Positions 60,450-64,000 of a DNA stretch of 64,000 nt are shown here, piece by piece. The notes under the pieces were generated by a model. It was not told the origin of the DNA. It ran no database searches and saw only the letters and a list, made by a program, of their open reading frames with translations. The DNA lies in assembly GCA_964639665.1 (NCBI GenBank), contig CAZXEU010000213.1:11652-75651 (forward strand), written 5' to 3'. Positions within the stretch are counted from its first letter, which is position 1. Each line of letters opens with the position of its first letter. This stretch comes from an uncultured Rhodothermaceae bacterium (lineage in GTDB: Bacteria > Bacteroidota > Rhodothermia > Rhodothermales > Bin80). Both the position numbers and the translations under genes were made by a program.

Positions 60450-60535
60450 CGGAGGGGGAGGGATTCGAACCCCCGGTAGGCAGAGCCTACAATGGTTTTC
60501 GAGACCACCCCGTTCGACCGCTCCGGCACCCCTCC
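60450..60535 (-). tRNA. tRNA-Ser (anticodon CGA)
   Basis: The reverse complement is GGAGGGGTGCCGGAGCGGTCGAACGGGGTGGTCTCGAAAACCATTGTAGGCTCTGCCTACCGGGGGTTCGAATCCCTCCCCCTCCG. It has a 7-bp acceptor stem, anticodon loop CT-CGA-AA, long variable arm GTAGGC/GCCTAC and T-loop TTCGAAT. CCA is not encoded. Confidence 0.9.
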
Positions 60536-60552
60536 GTGTGCCCATGCAAACG

Positions 60553-60569
60553 CCTCCGGAAGCCGGAGG
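60553..60569 (-). terminator. hairpin between alaS and tRNA-Ser (terminator-like)
   Basis: CCTCCGG-aag-CCGGAGG forms a 7-bp GC-rich stem starting 3 nt after the alaS TAA. On the minus-strand RNA only a short U-tract follows (CGUUUGCA). The plus strand carries TTTT. Confidence 0.4.
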
Positions 60570-60571
60570 TT

Positions 60572-63454
60572 TTAGCCGGCAAGCATGTTCCCGAGAACCT
60601 CCCCGGCCGCGTCGAGAACCGCGTCCAGGCGTTCCGGCTCCTTTCCGCCCGCCGTAGCGAGCTCTGGCCTTCCTCCGCCTCCTCCACCCATGCGGCGAGC
60701 GAGATCACCAACCAGCCTGCCGGCCTTGAGGCCACTCCGGACCAGGTCGTCCGATATAGCCGCCACGAGATAGGCCTTGTCTCCGGATGGATCCGCCGCG
60801 CCGAGCAACCCGACGGCATTTTCGCCCATCCGCCTCCTTAGCGAGGTTCCAAGCGTCCTCAGCGTTTCCATGTCCATTTCCGGCAGCCGGCCTGAGACAA
60901 GGCGCACCCCGGCCGCGAGAATGGCCCTAGAGACCAGGGGGTCTAGGTGTGCTTCAAGCCGCTCCCTTTGCAGGGCATCCATCGCCTTGGCCAGCTTTCG
61001 ATTCTCGCTGACCAGGTCTGCCACCAGCTCGTCGCTGGAATTCCTTAGTCCATGAAAGTGGCTTCGTACCCTGGAGAGCTCCGCAAATTCCCGCTGCACC
61101 ACGGTGAGGGCATCCAGACCGGCGATAGCCTCCACACGCCGCACGCCCGCCGCAACGGATCCCTCCGAGCGAAACAAAAACAGTCCGAGCTCTCCGGTGG
61201 CGTCGACGTGTGTACCTCCGCAGAGCTCGACCGAGAAGGCAAGATCAAACGTCACGACTCGCACCCTGTCTCCGTACTTTTCCCCAAACAGAGCCGTGGC
61301 TCCCATCGCCAGCGCTTCTGAAAAGGGTACGTCCGTAAGGATCTCTGCCGCAACATTGCGCTGTACCATTTTATTAACGCATTCCTGGATGCGCTGCAAG
61401 TCGGCCTTCGAGACGCGCTCGTGGTGGTTGAAGTCGAACCGCAGATGATCGGGTGCCACCAGCGACCCCTTCTGCGCAATTCCGGGGCCAAGTACCTCAC
61501 GCAGGGCCGCGTGCATGAGGTGCGTTGCCGTATGGTGCTTTGCAAGACGCGCGCGGCGCGCCGCATCCACGACGGCTTCCACCGGCGCATCCCACGCCAC
61601 GGGCAGCGTTTCCGTGACATGGAGAATCCGGCCGGCCGCAGCCTGGGTATCGACAACCCGGATCTCCTGATCCCCGATGCGCAGGATGCCGCGATCTCCC
61701 TGCTGTCCGCCACTCTCGCCAAAGAACGGCGTGCGGTCCAGGACTACAATATATGGGCGTTTGAGCCGCAACAGGCGGATGCTTGCCCCGCGGATTCGGG
61801 TGGCCTCGTAGCCGAGGAATTCGGAATCGTCGCCGGCCGAAACGCGCTGCCAGACCGTATCGTCCGATGGTTCCGCCGCGTGCATTTTCAGAAAGGCGGC
61901 ATCTTCCGGGTCGATGCGTACGCCGAGCGCGTGGTCCTGCCGGGCGCGGTTCTTCTGTTCCGCCATGAGCTCGGAATACCGGGTCAGGTCCACGCTCAGC
62001 CCTTCTTCCCGAGCCATTAGGTCGGTCAGGTCAACCGGAAAACCGTACGTGTCGTGCAACAGGAAGGCTATCTCTCCGGGAACCGTCTTCTCGGCGGCCA
62101 CGCCCGCGAATTGGGACAGCAGACTTGAGCGGTGCACCCGGCTCCCGTATGCCTTCTCCAACAGGTCGATCATTCTCGCATCTCCGCCGATGCGTTCCAG
62201 CGCCGAGCGCCGGTGACCGTTGGTCAATTGTGCCAGCTCCCGGACATAGGGCGCAACTCGCTCGAACAGCTTCATGCCATTCCCCAGCGTACGCAGAAAC
62301 GCGCGCTCTTCGGCTTGAACCATCTGTTCGATCCGCTTCTTGTGCGTGACAAGTTCTGCGTACTGGGACCCCATTTGAAGGACTACCGTGCGCACAAGCC
62401 TGTGCAGAAAGGGCTCTCGAAATCCCAGGAACTGGTAACCGTACCGGATCGCGCGCCGTAGCAGGCGCCGAATGACATAGCCCCTGCCCATATTTCCCGG
62501 CACCACGCCATCGGCAATAGCGAATGCGATGGCCCGGATGTGATCCGCCACCACACGCTTGGCGATGCGCACCTTCGGCGCCAGTTTCGGGTCTCGGATG
62601 TCGTCATAGTCATGCACGTAATCCAGAGGCGACAGCTCCGCAATCTTTCGGAAGAGCAACGAGAACGCGTCCGTATCATAGGTGCTGCTCTTGCCTTGCA
62701 ATACGGCCGCCAGGCGCTCCAGTCCCATTCCGGTATCGACGTGCCTGGCAGCCAGCGGATCAATGGATCCGTCTCCTACGGCGTTGAACTGGATGAAGAC
62801 CAGATTCCAGAGCTCTATGACGTCAGGGCTGTCAGCATTGACCAATTGCTCCCCCGGAACACGGCGCCGCTCCTCCTCGGATCGCAAATCGATGTGGATT
62901 TCCGAGCAGGGACCGCACGGGCCCGTGTTGCCCATCATCCAGAAATTGTCCTTGGATCCAAAGTAGAGGACGTGGTGCTCCGGCAATCCAGGCTGGCGCT
63001 TCCACACTTCTGCCGCTTCATTGTCCGCGCCAAGCCCGAGAGACTTGTCCCCGGCATGAACGGTCGCATACAACCTGCCCGGATCCAGGCCCCAGCGCTC
63101 AGTAAGCAGCTCCCAGGCCCACGCTATTGCCTCCACCTTGAAGTAGTCGCCGAAGCTCCAGTTGCCAAGCATCTCGAAAAAGGTGTGGTGATAGGTATCG
63201 TGCCCTACCTCCTCGAGATCATTGTGCTTGCCCGAAACGCGCAGACACTTCTGCGTGTCAACGGCGCGCACGTAATTGCGGCGCCCGGAGCCCAGAAACA
63301 CGTCCTTGAACTGGTTCATCCCCGCATTCACGAACAGCAGGGACGCGTCGCCGTGGGGAACCAGCGCTGAGCTCGGAACCACTTCATGCCCCTTGTCCCG
63401 GAAGAAAGCAAGGAAGTCTTCCCGAACCTCGTTTATGGTACGCGGTCGGCGCAT
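60572..63454 (-). CDS. alaS: alanine--tRNA ligase
   Basis: 'VREDFLAFFRDKGHEVVPSS', 'LLFVNAGMNQFK', 'HHTFFEMLGNWSFGDYFK', editing-site 'HTATHLMH' and 'CGGTH'. Likely start is ATG 63454 within ORF 60572..63694. Confidence 0.95.
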   Translation of the reverse strand: MRRPRTINEVREDFLAFFRDKGHEVVPSSALVPHGDASLLFVNAGMNQFKDVFLGSGRRNYVRAVDTQKCLRVSGKHNDLEEVGHDTYHHTFFEMLGNWSFGDYFKVEAIAWAWELLTERWGLDPGRLYATVHAGDKSLGLGADNEAAEVWKRQPGLPEHHVLYFGSKDNFWMMGNTGPCGPCSEIHIDLRSEEERRRVPGEQLVNADSPDVIELWNLVFIQFNAVGDGSIDPLAARHVDTGMGLERLAAVLQGKSSTYDTDAFSLLFRKIAELSPLDYVHDYDDIRDPKLAPKVRIAKRVVADHIRAIAFAIADGVVPGNMGRGYVIRRLLRRAIRYGYQFLGFREPFLHRLVRTVVLQMGSQYAELVTHKKRIEQMVQAEERAFLRTLGNGMKLFERVAPYVRELAQLTNGHRRSALERIGGDARMIDLLEKAYGSRVHRSSLLSQFAGVAAEKTVPGEIAFLLHDTYGFPVDLTDLMAREEGLSVDLTRYSELMAEQKNRARQDHALGVRIDPEDAAFLKMHAAEPSDDTVWQRVSAGDDSEFLGYEATRIRGASIRLLRLKRPYIVVLDRTPFFGESGGQQGDRGILRIGDQEIRVVDTQAAAGRILHVTETLPVAWDAPVEAVVDAARRARLAKHHTATHLMHAALREVLGPGIAQKGSLVAPDHLRFDFNHHERVSKADLQRIQECVNKMVQRNVAAEILTDVPFSEALAMGATALFGEKYGDRVRVVTFDLAFSVELCGGTHVDATGELGLFLFRSEGSVAAGVRRVEAIAGLDALTVVQREFAELSRVRSHFHGLRNSSDELVADLVSENRKLAKAMDALQRERLEAHLDPLVSRAILAAGVRLVSGRLPEMDMETLRTLGTSLRRRMGENAVGLLGAADPSGDKAYLVAAISDDLVRSGLKAGRLVGDLARRMGGGGGGRPELATAGGKEPERLDAVLDAAGEVLGNMLAG

Positions 63455-63645
63455 GCGTTTTTCCGGTAATCCATAGCCCTGTGATACGCAGAGCCGCCGA
63501 ATTAGGTGCCCTTCGGAAGCCGAGAGATATCCCTTGCCGCACGAAAGGAGGCGTGCCCCTCGAAGGCCGCAAGCGCGGTTCTTTCGGCGGATCCGGAACC
63601 ACAATCGAAATTGCCTAGCCGGCAGGGTCTTAACCGCGGAATGCG

Positions 63646-64000
63646 CTAGATCCGCTCCACGGCTACGGCGGCCGCACCGCCCGTGCCGTGACAAATGGCA
63701 GCAACACCCGTTTCACTGCCGTGCGTGCGAAGTGCCTGCAGTAGCGTCACCAGGATGCGGGCTCCCGAGCAGCCTATGGGGTGTCCGAAGGCTATTGCCC
63801 CTCCATGCACGTTCAGGCGATCCTGTGAGATTCCGAGACCTCGACCAAACAGTATGTTGCTGACCGCGAAAGCCTCGTTGTTCTCGAACAGGTCCACGTC
63901 CGCGATCTTCATGCCCGTTCGGCTAAGCAGGCGACGCACTGCGGCGACGGGAGCCTCGGCGAATCTCCAGGGCTCGCCGCCCACCCAGCACCCTGCCACG
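63646..64000 (-). CDS. acetyl-CoA acetyltransferase (thiolase), C-terminal part; 5' end lies outside the window
   Basis: 'NEAFAVSN', 'NVHGGAIAFGHPIGCSGARI' and 'ICHGTGGAAAVAVERI' thiolase C-terminal motifs. Confidence 0.9.
   Translation of the reverse strand, partial: VAGCWVGGEPWRFAEAPVAAVRRLLSRTGMKIADVDLFENNEAFAVSNILFGRGLGISQDRLNVHGGAIAFGHPIGCSGARILVTLLQALRTHGSETGVAAICHGTGGAAAVAVERI

Noticed and set aside
60449-60529. N-terminal 27 codons of track ORF 57512..60529 ('MPERSNGVVSKTIVGSAYRGFESLPLR').
   Set aside because: This is the translation of the tRNA-Ser gene itself. The protein gene must start at or after 60448.
60380-60571. tRNA-Ser as an integration site for a genomic island.
   Set aside because: There is no integrase, no direct repeat of the tRNA 3' end that I could find nearby, and no compositional break. 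The flanking genes (alaS and an outer-membrane protein) look native.

Overview
High-GC bacterial chromosomal window that looks Bacteroidota/Rhodothermota-like. Supporting signs are a T9SS C-terminal sorting domain, a PorD/DUF4835-like gene, CarboxypepD_reg-type TonB-dependent receptors with a DUF4249-like lipoprotein, and FloA. All family calls come from motifs read by eye; no HMM or BLAST was run. Coding density is high, with about 53 protein genes, one tRNA-Ser(CGA) and one decayed CAP-domain pseudogene. I saw no transposase, integrase, CRISPR array, rRNA or sigma-factor gene. Housekeeping genes include ilvE, uvrB, rpmE, thymidine phosphorylase, moaC, pckA, pyrB, pyrR, amt, mrp/nifU, ubiE, def and alaS. 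There is also a form-II-like molybdo-hydroxylase (cox-like S-L-M plus MoxR ATPase) cluster, with its VWA partner displaced about 4 kb away. Nothing here resembles a known defence or mobile system. Six regions deserve a second look. (1) Two complete sigma-less partner-switching cassettes (PP2C sensor, STAS, RsbW-like kinase) lie 8 kb apart with opposite V/W gene order. (2) A secreted protein built from four ~120-aa repeats of an unrecognised domain is divergent from cassette 2. (3) A ~980-aa outer-membrane protein combines an HExxH peptidase-like domain, a TolB-like propeller and an Omp85-like barrel, and sits next to the PorD-like gene. (4) A three-gene secreted operon reads FG-GAP propeller, amidohydrolase::DUF2911, FG-GAP propeller with T9SS tail. 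(5) A PspA/2TM coiled-coil/CNNM operon converges on a moaC-floA-orf181 operon. (6) A Tsx-like porin-amt pair lacks glnK. The many long antisense ORFs in the track are GC-rich shadow frames.
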